This document shows positions 1 to 11,952 of a stretch of 64,000 nt of DNA, piece after piece (position 1 is the stretch's first letter; the number at the start of each line of letters is the position of its first letter). Location of the stretch: contig NC_068999.1 in NCBI RefSeq assembly GCF_001194135.2, positions 34,445,825-34,509,824 of the forward strand, read 5' to 3'. This stretch comes from Octopus bimaculoides (lineage: Eukaryota). Position numbers and translations under genes: made by a program. The notes beneath the pieces are model-generated. The model was not told the DNA's origin. It worked only from the letters and a program-made list of their open reading frames with translations, and ran no database searches.

Positions 1-95
1 ATATATTACGTTGAAGGGGAAAATACGTCTCCAAACACATAGAACTGCCTTCAGTTGTGCTGTGAAAGCATGCACTAACGAAATTAAGACTAATG

Positions 96-300
96 AAATA
101 ATAATGATTTCAAATTTCAGGTGAGGAGGTAAGTCGATTACATCGACTCCAGTGCTCAACTGGGTACTTATTTAATCGATTCCAATCGGATGAAAGCAAA
201 GTCAGCTCCGGTGGCATTAGAACTCAGAACGTAAAGACGGACGAAATGTCGCTAAGCATTTTACCCTGCGTGCAAGCGATTCTGCCACCTCCTCACCTTA
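96..300 (-). mobile_element. tRNA-headed SINE, family A (full-length, diverged)
   Basis: The reverse complement matches the window's recurrent unit AAGGCGGCGAGCTGGCAGAATCGTTAGC...GAGTTCAAATTCC...GTCGACTTTGCCTTTCATCC...GGGGTCGATGTAATCGAC. It carries Pol III A-box-like (TGGCAGAATCG) and B-box-like (GTTCRA) motifs. Confidence 0.85.
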
Positions 301-1194
301 ACAACAACAACATCAGCAGCAGTAACAATTCCTTATAAATGTTAGTATTGGTTATCTTTTATACTATTTTGCATCATAATATACACAATAAAGATATAAA
401 AGAATCCAATTCTCTATCACATATTTTATATTCAGCCCTCATTTACCATCTTTATTATCATTCTTCCTACATCCTCATCATAGTTATCTCCCTCTCTACT
501 CTCTATTTTTTCTTGTTCTTTGTTTTTACAATGAACAATAATTTAGAGTGAAGCAAACAAACAAACAAACAAACAAATGCTGCCTAGGAGTTTTAAGCGA
601 TTTATGTGAAAGTACCCAATGGCTGATACATGCTTCAATTTATTTGTGAGAGTTTCGTATCGTATAACCAAAACATACATCAACATCTCCTCTGCACAAA
701 GTGAGTCTGCTAGCTAATGAGCCGGTGTGTGTGTGTGTGTGTGTGTGTGCGCGTGTGCATACCTGAGTTGTTTGTACACCCGCTTGCAGAGTTTATCATT
801 GTATAATGTCGATACCGGTTATTCTTAATCTTAAGGTAATTTCTTCCTGAATTGTGGGTGAGGAACTTCAGGTAAAATTTGGAGATTCCAGTGACGCATT
901 TGCTTATAGTTTGAGAAAATTCTTTATTATTACTCAGTTTTCGCTAGATTCATTTTATCTTAATTTTGATTTTAAAAATTAGTATAAAGATGCAAAGATT
1001 ATGTAATAGCGTTGTATACTAGATTATATACTATTATATGTGACAATATTATATGTGATACCGAAATAAAGTCTGAGAAAAATGTTGCAGTAGGTCTTAC
1101 ACATAGTATTCATCCTACTAAGTTTTCTTTCTATATCCAAAAACTTGCACATCACACAACAAAGCAAACAAAAATGTGAGCCATTGCACATTGC

Positions 1195-1357
1195 AAGGTG
1201 GCAAGTTGGCAGAATCGCTCCACATCGAACGAAAAGCTTAGTGGTATTTCTTCCAGTTTTACATTCCACATTTAAATTCTGCCAAATTCGACTGTCACCC
1301 CTTTGGTGTCGATGAAATAAGGACTAGTTGAGCACTGGAGTCGATGTAATCGACAAA
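1195..1357 (+). mobile_element. SINE family A copy
   Basis: AAGGTGGCAAGTTGGCAGAATCGC...GAGCACTGGAGTCGATGTAATCGAC; runs into (TA)n and a gap. Confidence 0.8.
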
Positions 1358-1881
1358 CTTTCATATATATNNNNNNNNNNNNNNNNNNNNNNNNNNNNNN
1401 NNNNNNNNNNNNNNNNNNNNNNNNNNNNNNNNNNNNNNNNNNNNNNNNNNNNNNNNNNNNNNNNNNNNNNNNNNNNNNNNNNNNNNNNNNNNNNNNNNNN
1501 NNNNNNNNNNNNNNNNNNNNNNNNNNNNNNNNNNNNNNNNNNNNNNNNNNNNNNNNNNNNNNNNNNNNNNNNNNNNNNNNNNNNNNNNNNNNNNNNNNNN
1601 NNNNNNNNNNNNNNNNNNNNNNNNNNNNNNNNNNNNNNNNNNNNNNNNNNNNNNNNNNNNNNNNNNNNNNNNNNNNNNNNNNNNNNNNNNNNNNNNNNNN
1701 NNNNNNNNNNNNNNNNNNNNNNNNNNNNNNNNNNNNNNNNNNNNNNNNNNNNNNNNNNNNNNNNNNNNNNNNNNNNNNNNNNNNNNNNNNNNNNNNNNNN
1801 NNNNNNNNNNNNNNNNNNNNNNNNNNNNNNNNNNNNNNNNNNNNNNNNNNNNNNNNNNNNNNNNNNNNNNNNNNNNNNNNN

Positions 1882-1924
<43 letters not shown>

Positions 1925-3267
1925 CACACACACACACACACACGGTCAATGCCTCCAGACAAATACACTATATACAAAAACTAGATTGTATCAACAAATT
2001 AAACTTGCACAGGCAAGTAATTATTAAAAATCCTTTAATGAAGAAATTATATTATCTGCACCTTTTTTTTCTCTCTCTAATCGCGATCCAAACACATCTT
2101 TATCTGCTACACCGCGTCACCCTTAAAATGTCTTCAACCCATCTACTTCACTACCGCCGTTCTATGGAATTACTCCTCTTTACTGATGTCTTCTCTGCAA
2201 TAGATGGACCAGTCCTTTACCTGTGTCTTCAAAGTCAGTCCATCAGTACCAGTTATATACTAGGGTGTATTCATTTGATTATGGTTTTCCGCATTACAAA
2301 CTGCTCTTGCGTATGTATTGTATATAATGCACTGGAATCATGGTAATTAAATGGCAGTTTGTGAGTCGGCGTGCATATGTATGTATGTATGTATGTATAT
2401 GTTTATCTGTGATTTGAGCCCTGTTTGTGCGTATAACGTGTTAATATGTATCTATGCACGTTTCGTTTACTTGTTCTTTTCTTTTCTTTGCGTGTACATA
2501 TATTTGTGTATATGCAAAGGTGAACACTAGTGCTTGCGCTCAATGCGCGCGCGCGCGTGCATGCGTGTGTGCGTATGTGTGTCTGTTCGTGTAAAGAAAT
2601 TTAGCGAATATCTTCATTAGCAAGTGAAAGAGCTAAAACGGAGCTAAACAAAGCACACAGTGTGAACGCAACACGAAGCATTGTTTGTTTCATCAACATC
2701 ATCATCATGATCATCAATCATAACCATCATCACTCTTATTATCCCCCCACACCACCCCCACCACCACGACCAATCACCATAACTGTTTTTCTCACTCTCA
2801 CACCATCTTATTTATCATTCCACAAGCCAAACATAGCACGCTGTTTCGACGCAACACGAACTATTGTTTGTATCATTACCACTATCATCATCATCAACAT
2901 CATCATCTTCATTCTAGTTACCATCAGCATGTAATTCCTCCTCCTCCTCATCATCATCATCATCACCATTATCATCATGCTCAACACGATTGGTGGAACG
3001 TGTCAAACACCACACAACTGTTTTGATTCCCCTCTTATAAAGAATACAGAAAACAATTCTTTCTATTATTTCTTTTTAATTCTCCTTCTTCTCCTCCTCC
3101 TTCTTTGCCGCACTCACTCTCCACTCCCTTCTGCTTCAAAAGACGTTTTAAACAAAGCGAGAAATAACGGCATAATAAAGACAGTAAAGTGACAACTTCC
3201 ATGAATGTTCGTATCTATACTTTTATATACACATCTATATACGTATATCACACACACAAATATGTAC

Positions 3268-3303
<36 letters not shown>

Positions 3304-4068
3304 NNNNNNNNNNNNNNNNNNNNNNNNNNNNNNNNNNNNNNNNNNNNNNNNNNNNNNNNNNNNNNNNNNNNNNNNNNNNNNNNNNNNNNNNNNNNNNNNN
3401 NNNNNNNNNNNNNNNNNNNNNNNNNNNNNNNNNNNNNNNNNNNNNNNNNNNNNNNNNNNNNNNNNNNNNNNNNNNNNNNNNNNNNNNNNNNNNNNNNNNN
3501 NNNNNNNNNNNNNNNNNNNNNNNNNNNNNNNNNNNNNNNNNNNNNNNNNNNNNNNNNNNNNNNNNNNNNNNNNNNNNNNNNNNNNNNNNNNNNNNNNNNN
3601 NNNNNNNNNNNNNNNNNNNNNNNNNNNNNNNNNNNNNNNNNNNNNNNNNNNNNNNNNNNNNNNNNNNNNNNNNNNNNNNNNNNNNNNNNNNNNNNNNNNN
3701 NNNNNNNNNNNNNNNNNNNNNNNNNNNNNNNNNNNNNNNNNNNNNNNNNNNNNNNNNNNNNNNNNNNNNNNNNNNNNNNNNNNNNNNNNNNNNNNNNNNN
3801 NNNNNNNNNNNNNNNNNNNNNNNNNNNNNNNNNNNNNNNNNNNNNNNNNNNNNNNNNNNNNNNNNNNNNNNNNNNNNNNNNNNNNNNNNNNNNNNNNNNN
3901 NNNNNNNNNNNNNNNNNNNNNNNAACAATACCCATTCTTTCTATTGTTATGTGTGCATATTCTTTTCAAAAACGAACATAATATATTAATAAGGCTTTCA
4001 TTTCTTTATGAATTAGCAAGAATACAGGAAAAAGCATAGGTATGTATTCATATATGTATGTGTGTGTG

Positions 4069-4121
<53 letters not shown>

Positions 4122-4404
4122 TGTTGTGTCTGGGGAGAGTCATTTTCTTTTACCTTAACAAACTCGCCGGTAAAATTTCCACTCATTTACTTATTTATTT
4201 TTCAAAGGAAACAGTTTCAGCACTAACACCACCCTAAGTTCATTCACTCAAATCTTAAGTACTTTTATAGCTATCCAAGATCTGCAGTAACGGCTCGACT
4301 AAGTTTCGCAAAAGACGACTAAGTTTCATTAATTTAAATTTATCAATGTTTCTGGTTTATCTCCTCTGCCTCTTTCTAATCAGAATTAGTAATTTAGATA
4401 ATAA

Positions 4405-4775
4405 CTGAATCAATAAATCACATGTTTCCGGGTTCAGTCCCACTGCGTGACACCTTGGGCAAGTGTCTCTACTATAGCCTCGGCTCGACCAATGCCTTGT
4501 GAGTGAATTTGGTAGACGGAAACTGGAAGAAGCACGTCGTGTGTGTATATATATATATATATGAGTGTGTGTGTATCTGTACTTTCCCCTCACCATCGAT
4601 TGGCAACCGATGGTGGTGTGTTTATGTCGCCATAACTTAGCGGTTCGGCAAAAGAGACCGATAGAAAAAGTACTAGGCTTACAAAGAATAAGTCTTTGGG
4701 GTCGATTTCTTCGACTAAAACCCTTTGAGGCGGTGTTCCAGCATGGGCATAGTTAAATGACTGAAACAATGAAAA

Positions 4776-4780
<5 letters not shown>
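4405..4780 (+). mobile_element. Bipartite SINE, family B (tRNA/CORE-like head, internal microsatellite, conserved second half)
   Basis: Head CCGGGTTCAGTCCCACTGCGTGACACCTTGGGCAAGTGTC, then (TG/TA)n, then CCGTAACTTAGCGGTTCGGCAAAAGAGACCGATAG...CAGCATGGGCATAGTTAAATGACTGAAAC. The CCTTGGGCAAGT motif resembles the CORE-SINE domain. Confidence 0.88.
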
Positions 4781-4811
<31 letters not shown>

Positions 4812-5467
4812 TGCTTATATGTATGTATGCATGTATGTAATGGGAACAGATATACATACACGTGTATGTGTGTGTATATATATATGTGTGTGCGTGTGTG
4901 TATGTGCATATGCACACAAAATGTATGTAATTATTTAAACCGGTGAACATGTAGGATAACATAAATTTCCATATGTCATAATTTACACTGCTACTAAGAC
5001 CATACCATCAACCCCACCACCACTCATAATAATAATAAAAATCATAACAACAACTACACGCTTCCTATATATTTTAAGGGGATGTAATGCCACGGTATTT
5101 TATATTTTATTCTTGGTTTATTTATTTATTGTTTTGTTTTTCTGAAATATCTCTGAGAATAGAAAGCGTTATTTAGACCAATATTTCTCTTGCTTTAAAT
5201 GCTATTAGTCATAAAACGATTTTGAGTATCATAATGGCTTTAGCAGAAACAGATGATGAAGTAGGAGGAGAAGAAAGAAGAGGATGAGTTGGGAAAGGGG
5301 AGAGGAGAGAGGAGAGAGGAAATATGAAAGAGTAAGAGAAAATGAAGTACGACGAAGAAGACAGAAAAAGAAAAGTATATTCCAATGATAGAAAAAAGAA
5401 AAAAAAATGAGGTGGAAAGGACAAAAAAGAAAAGAAGCTAAATGTTAAAGAGGAAGGAAGGAAGGAT

Positions 5468-5545
5468 GAAGAAGAAGAAGAAGAAGAAGAAGAAGAAGAA
5501 GAAGAAGAAGAAGAAGAAGAAGAAGAAGAAGAAGAAGAAGAAGAA
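5468..5545 (+). repeat. (GAA)26 microsatellite
   Basis: Uninterrupted GAA run inside a purine-rich tract. Confidence 0.97.
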
Positions 5546-6229
5546 AGTAAGACAAGAAACGAAAGAGAATAATGAATAAGAGTGAAGTAGAAAGAAGAAA
5601 TTTACGAATTAGAAAGAAATATGCCAAAAACGATTTTTATGAAAATGAAGAAAAGAGTAAAAAGAAGCTGAAGAAGAAAAATGAGCAAATAATAAAAAAA
5701 GCAAACAAACAAAAATGATGAAGAATTAGTAGGGACCAAAAAAAGATAGAAAATGAAGAAACACTCTCAAATGGTGATTAGTTCGGTTTGGGGAATGAGA
5801 AGTGTAGAGGGTAGCAGTGAAGGAGGAGGTGGTGACGGTGGAGGTTATAAAAGTTTTGAGCAAGAAAAGAGACAAAAAGTTCAAGTTTGGTGGCGAGATG
5901 CGGCTGTTCGCAAGATGAGTGGGGCTTGGCAGAGTGAAAAACGTTTCTAAAATTTTAAGTAGGGAATCTGTTTTATTAAGGCATATAAACTCCCCCAAAC
6001 AATGTCATATAATTTATAGTATATGACAGAAGAAGGGACATACCCAAACCGTAAAAATTCCACCCTATTTCTTTGATTTTTGTCGTTTTTTTCTTTACCA
6101 ACTTGGCTTAATTTACTGTGTGTCGTACACTTTATATTCTCGTCTTTGGGAGCAAATGCCCATATGTGTGTCTGTGCTTTTTACTATCGGGTGTTAGTTG
6201 GGTGTCATTCGTTGTTATTGCTGCTATTG

Positions 6230-6560
6230 TTTAACCCTTGCCTTATCCATCCTGTCTTTTTGTATGTAAGGGGCGATATAATGTAAAGTGTCTATATCTT
6301 CCCCCTTTTACAGACTGTATTTAGTTGCTGTTTTAACTCCAGATCAACCATCACTCAGAACGTCTATGATCAAAAGTCTTCCAACCGTGACAATCCCATC
6401 TTTTTTCATACACTTCGTACTTAGCACTGCAGTGTGTAAAGGTTTTGTTCTTTAAAATTTATTATGAAACCGGAAGATTTGGCTTCTGTTTCTAGCAAGT
6501 CAAATAACCCTGTACAAGTCACTTGTACAGGGTAATTTGCCTATTAATACTATTGATAGC
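6230..6560 (+). mobile_element. Unclassified dispersed repeat, family D
   Basis: Shares TATGATCAAAAG..TTCCAACCGTGAC.ATCCC and GATTTGGCT.CT.TTTCTAGCA.GTC motifs with 8170-8500, 16470-16575, 25905-26090, 27640-27760 and 52020-52160. Confidence 0.6.
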
Positions 6561-6705
6561 GATGATGTGACGCCCGCCAACTTAGTGATTGTGGAGAATC
6601 GCTGCTTTGTATTGTACCTTATATTGTGTCAAACCAATTTAGCCTGAGACGTTAAGCATAGGTTCGCCGAATACTCAGCCATGCTCACTAGTGAAAATTA
6701 AAAGT

Positions 6706-7080
6706 GACTGTGTGGTAAGAATCACGTGATTCTTGGTTCAGTCCTATTGCGTGGCACGTTGGGCAAGTGTCTCCTGTAACTTCGGTCAACCAAAGCCCCT
6801 GTAAGTGAATTTGGTAGACGGAGACTGACAGAAGCTCTTTGTATATGTATGTATATATCTATGTGTGAGTGTCTGTGTTTGTCCCCCAAAACTGCTTGAC
6901 AACTGGTGTTGGTGTGTTTACGTCACCGTAACTTAGCAAGTCGGCAGAAGAGATCGACAGAATAAGTACCAGGCTTTAAAATTGTCCTAGAGCTGATTCA
7001 TTCAACTAAAAAGTCTGCAGGGCGGTGCCTCAGCATGGCCGCAGTCTAATGACTGAAACAAGAAATAAAAGATAAAAAAA
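6706..7080 (+). mobile_element. SINE family B, full-length
   Basis: GTGTGGTAAGAA...GGTTCAGTCCTATTGCGTGGCACGTTGGGCAAGTGTC...(TA/TG)...CGTAACTTAGC...CAGCATGGCCGCAGTCTAATGACTGAAACAAG, followed by an A-rich tail. Confidence 0.88.
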
Positions 7081-7589
7081 AAAACAACAATTTAGTTGAA
7101 GAGCTGAAAGCACATGGTCGAGACTGACGGAAATCTATCACAGTAACGATTGCTGACCGCAGAACAAAATGCAGCCATTTATCAAACGTTCTTATAAGCG
7201 AAGCCAAAATTGCGGTTTCAGTCCCTGGCAGAGGAATAATTCAGTTTTCCGCTCCTTCCCGTCAATAATCCATTCCCTGGTATCGGCTGCACAGCCTTTT
7301 CAAATTTCTCGCACCCTTCTGAAACGGAAGCCATTTTGTGCCGTCGTGAAGAAAACAGCATTGTTTTTTTTTCCTATCGTTGTTGTAGTTGTAATTTTTA
7401 TATTCATTTTACACTTTCGTAAGATTAAGGAGTGTAGTGTTTTGTTTGATCTATTTTTAGGTTGTAGTGGAGAGGAAACTTATTATAGTGAAGTGAACTA
7501 TTTTCTCCTGACTTTTGCATTAGATGAAAATGGTGATGATGACTATGATAATTATGGAGATTGGGAGGAAGACATCGATGGCCATAGTA

Positions 7590-7790
7590 ATTAACAAAAT
7601 TGGCACAAGACCACAGACATTTTTAACATAAGAAGGACACAACCGTTTATATATCGATCTCACTTCTTGTTGGAAATTCATTTGATTTACCGAAGAAAAA
7701 TACTAGATAAAATCGTCCCTGGTAGGTGGGATTTAAACTCATCACGCGAAAAGAGATGTAAATAAACAGTGCAGATTTCTTACCACCATC
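7590..7790 (-). mobile_element. Old, diverged SINE family A copy
   Basis: TTGGCACAAGACCA matches the family A tail and GATTTAAACTCA matches the B-box region; the rest is heavily decayed. Confidence 0.45.
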
Positions 7791-8169
7791 TACCAATTTA
7801 ATATAACACTCACTTGACACACTGCAACAAATAGATAACACATTCATGTTCGTTCAAACCATCACCAGACCATATAATAACCACCAGAGCACTAGAGACA
7901 ATCACGAACGCCTTATTATTATCATTATTATTATTACTATTGCATTACTGAAAACTAGGTCTCTGGATGAGTTACATATTCACCAGAATTATTTTTCGTC
8001 TTTTCGTATTCATTTTTCGTTGATTGTGTGACCTTTCTTATAAATGAATACCGAAGGCTAAGTGTTTTAATAAGAAGTGATGCGATCATCAGGTTAATCT
8101 AACAATGATTGATACTGTGCCTGATACATTTGATATTTGTGCCAGCCTGATACATTTGACATTTGTGCC

Positions 8170-8500
8170 ATTTTGTTTTTACTCTTAGGTTAGTCCTGAC
8201 TTAGCAGGCTTATAATGAAAAGCGTTCCAACCGTAGCCATCAAATTAATGTGTCCTTCCCATTTCAAGACACGAGCGTGTAATTTTAGAAAGGTTGGCTA
8301 AAATACTAAGCTTTGACTGAACAGGTCTATGCTCAAACGCATTCCAGCTGTGACTACTCCACCTTTTTTCTACGCATGCTGCATTTCTACAACATTATTA
8401 CCCGGTATGTGTCATTCCTTTGAAGTAGACACTGTGTACTTCGGGAAGTATAGGCTATTGTTTCAGCGTCACGAATGACTCCATGGAAGATCCTTCTCGA
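8170..8500 (+). mobile_element. Family D dispersed repeat (two partial units)
   Basis: GCAGGCTTATAATGAAAAGCGTTCCAACCGTAGCCATC and CAGGTCTATGCTCAAACGCATTCCAGCTGTGAC match the family D motif. Confidence 0.55.
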
Positions 8501-9240
8501 AAAAAATTACCCATACCATTTCTAAGCTATGTAGGATAAAGTCAGAGGAGCATTGTTTTAAGCAGAACACGTGGAAAAGATTGCAGGTGTGAGGTATAAG
8601 TTATTTCATCGTATCAGCATTAACCATAACACAATTAACCTTAGCATACAAACTAAAGAGCATCGTGAAATTAGAAAAGACTGATGATCGCATCTTATTG
8701 CACTGAAACACCAGCCTGAGGAATATTATATATCAAATATTGCAAATATTCATAAAGGAAATACGAATAACAGATAATAAAGTTAGCAAACTGTTGTTTT
8801 TAACGCGGAATTAACCCAATGAAAAAAATCTTCTCACTAGTGTATACACACAGACCATAGATATATGTGTATATGCGAAGCATAAAGGAAAAGAGAAAGA
8901 AATCGGGAGAGTAGACGCACAACTTTATAACCATGTAAAGCGTGCATATCATTGTTGAGTGTAAAAATGATGAAAAGAAAATGTTCCTGGGTAAGAGTTG
9001 GATTTGCGCAGATACGTATCTTTCTAGCTCACTGTGTATTATCATAGATGTATAGGTCGGTGTGTTAAGCCCCTTGTGTGAGTATGCAGGTACATTTATG
9101 TATATGTCAGTTTGACAGAATAATATGACCCTAGCAGCAGCAGCAGCAACAACAACAACATTAAACATTGTAGAGGTGTAAAAATAAATAGACAGAGGAA
9201 ACTAAAAAGATGCAGTAAAAGTAAAAGATAAATGGAAAGA

Positions 9241-9321
9241 GAAGAAGAAGAAGAAGAAGAAGAAGAAGAAGAAGAAGAAGAAGAAGAAGAAGAAGAAGAA
9301 GAAGAAGAAGAAGAAGAAGAA
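9241..9321 (+). repeat. (GAA)27 microsatellite
   Basis: Direct reading. Confidence 0.97.
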
Positions 9322-9884
9322 TGAAAGGGCGAAAGAAGAAGAAATCAAACTATAAATGAAAATAAAAACGAAAACGAGGAACGCATAGCAAAATCTTGTA
9401 GAGTAAAAATATATGTTACAGAATTAAGGACTTTTGTTGCTTTCTCTTCGCACCAATCTTCTCATTCCCTCCTCTCTCTCACCCCTCCTTTCTTTCTCTA
9501 CTACAAAGAACACAATTATATTAAGATCAGATGAGTTCATATGCTGTGTAGAAAAGACAGTACAACTTTACTTCTGATCTAAATCTCTTGAGGGACATAT
9601 GTCTGAGTTTCCAAGTTATGGTAGAACCATTTTCACTATCATTGCACTGCTTCACCAACCAAACTCACATCTCCAAACATTTCTGTTACGGTCTTATTAT
9701 ATTCCTCTTTCCGTGGTTGTTGTTATTATTAGTATTATTATTGTTGTTGTTGTTGCTATTATTATTATTGTTGCTGCTATAAGTTTTATTTTGTTAGTTG
9801 TTTGTTTTATTTCACTTTTACATTTCTCTTGCATTATATTTCTAAGACGAATGTATGTATGTGTACTAGTGTGGAAAGATTTGT

Positions 9885-10020
<136 letters not shown>

Positions 10021-11058
10021 CTTATGTATGTATGTATGTATATACACACACACACTATATATTTATATGTGTGCGTGTTTGTACACATACACGCGCTCAC
10101 TCATATACATAGATAAACATATACAACCACAAGCATAGACATATTGACGTACAAGAGTCAGGGAAAAGATAACACGCTACATTTAACAGAATCTAGTCAC
10201 AATTTGTCAATGAACTTACTTATACTCCGAAAGAGAGAAAGAAAGGAAGACAGAAAGAGAGATAGAGAGTGGGGATGAACAAAGAGTGAAAGTTAAAGAA
10301 TGAGAGAGAGAGAGAGAGAGAGGGGGAGAAAAAGAGTCTGAGACTGTGTATATGGCGTGTATGTACAATAATATATGAAAGAGAAAATATAAGCTGTATC
10401 TTATTCTCTGATTCAGAAGAAAATTTTGGCGAATCTTGAAAAGAAAACCATGAAATAATGTAAATAAAACTGAATATTTTAAGAAACAAAATAAAGTGAA
10501 GGTGTTAAGACAGTTTGCGAAACATAAAAACAATGACGTTCTACAATCTATAAGACACAGCTCTGTAGTACCAACGGTACTTTGAAATCTATCGCTGCAG
10601 GCATCATGTCTAATTAACGCGCGCGCGCTCACACACACACTAACTGCTTACACGTATCAGCGTGTGTATTCATGTATGTATTTATATATATATATATNNN
10701 NNNNNNNNNNNNNNNNNNNNNNNNNNNNNNNNNNNNNNNNNNNNNNNNNNNNNNNNNNNNNNNNNNNNNNNNNNNNNNNNNNNNNNNNNNNNNNNNNNNN
10801 NNNNNNNNNNNNNNNNNNNNNNNNNNNNNNNNNNNNNNNNNNNNNNNNNNNNNNNNNNNNNNNNNNNNNNNNNNNNNNNNNNNNNNNNNNNNNNNNNNNN
10901 NNNNNNNNTATATATAAATAAATAAATATATATATATATACACACACACATAAATTTCATACATATGCATACATACACATATATTTACATATATATATAT
11001 ATATATATATTATATTCATACATATATATATATTCATACGTATATATATTCATACATG

Positions 11059-11107
<49 letters not shown>

Positions 11108-11108
11108 G

Positions 11109-11154
<46 letters not shown>

Positions 11155-11908
11155 GAGGGAGTGAGGGAGAGAGAAGGGGACATAGATACATATATGCAAA
11201 ACGTAATATATAAAGAGGTAACTACAAAGAGACCAAGTGGGTATGTATAAGGAGTAATCATAGCTATATTCCGAAAAATGGTAAATTTGATGTATGAAAA
11301 AGTAAAAGTAAAAAAAATAAACTAAACCAAAAACAAAAAGACCAAGAAATTGTGTGTACGGCAGCAGACTAGCTTTTAAAGACTGGAAGCTATTAAACTG
11401 CTGCCTTAGTGAAGAATATTAAAGAATCTGGTAAATCTTTGCTGGTAGATGGCTTTAAAGAACATCTCCATCTTCATCACATATATGTGTATATACAAGT
11501 GTGTGTGTGTGTGTGTGTGTGTTTATGCAACACCGCTTAAGCTAGACTGAGGGGCATAAAAGAAAAATGTATATTCTGTTAATATATTCTTCAAAAAACG
11601 ACGTTCCGTTCCATTTAACTGTACACACACACACAAGCATGCACACACACGCACAAATATATACAGGACCCACGAGCAAGTCTAGTGTGTAACTGTATGC
11701 AAATTATGTATGTTTATGTATCTGGGCATGTATGTAAGTCTGTGTGTGCTTACTCACACACACACACATCAGTATGTAAACACACAATGAGGATGTTTTT
11801 GTGATTTTACGTTCGAAGCCATTAAAATGTTCAATGTGCACTTGTGGAGTATAAAATGAACAACGCAGTGACACACACGCAAATATATACACACACACGT
11901 ATATGTAT

Positions 11909-11952
<44 letters not shown>

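Noticed and set aside
7169-7594. 141-aa ORF MQPFIKRSYKRS...
   Set aside because: No recognisable domain; it runs through T-rich and (GAT)n low-complexity sequence.
11360-11405. Hairpin GGCAGCAG/CTGCTGCC plus TAGCTT/AAGCTA (and another near 24290-24350) as pre-miRNA
   Set aside because: The stems are too short and interrupted, and neither matches a conserved miRNA I know.
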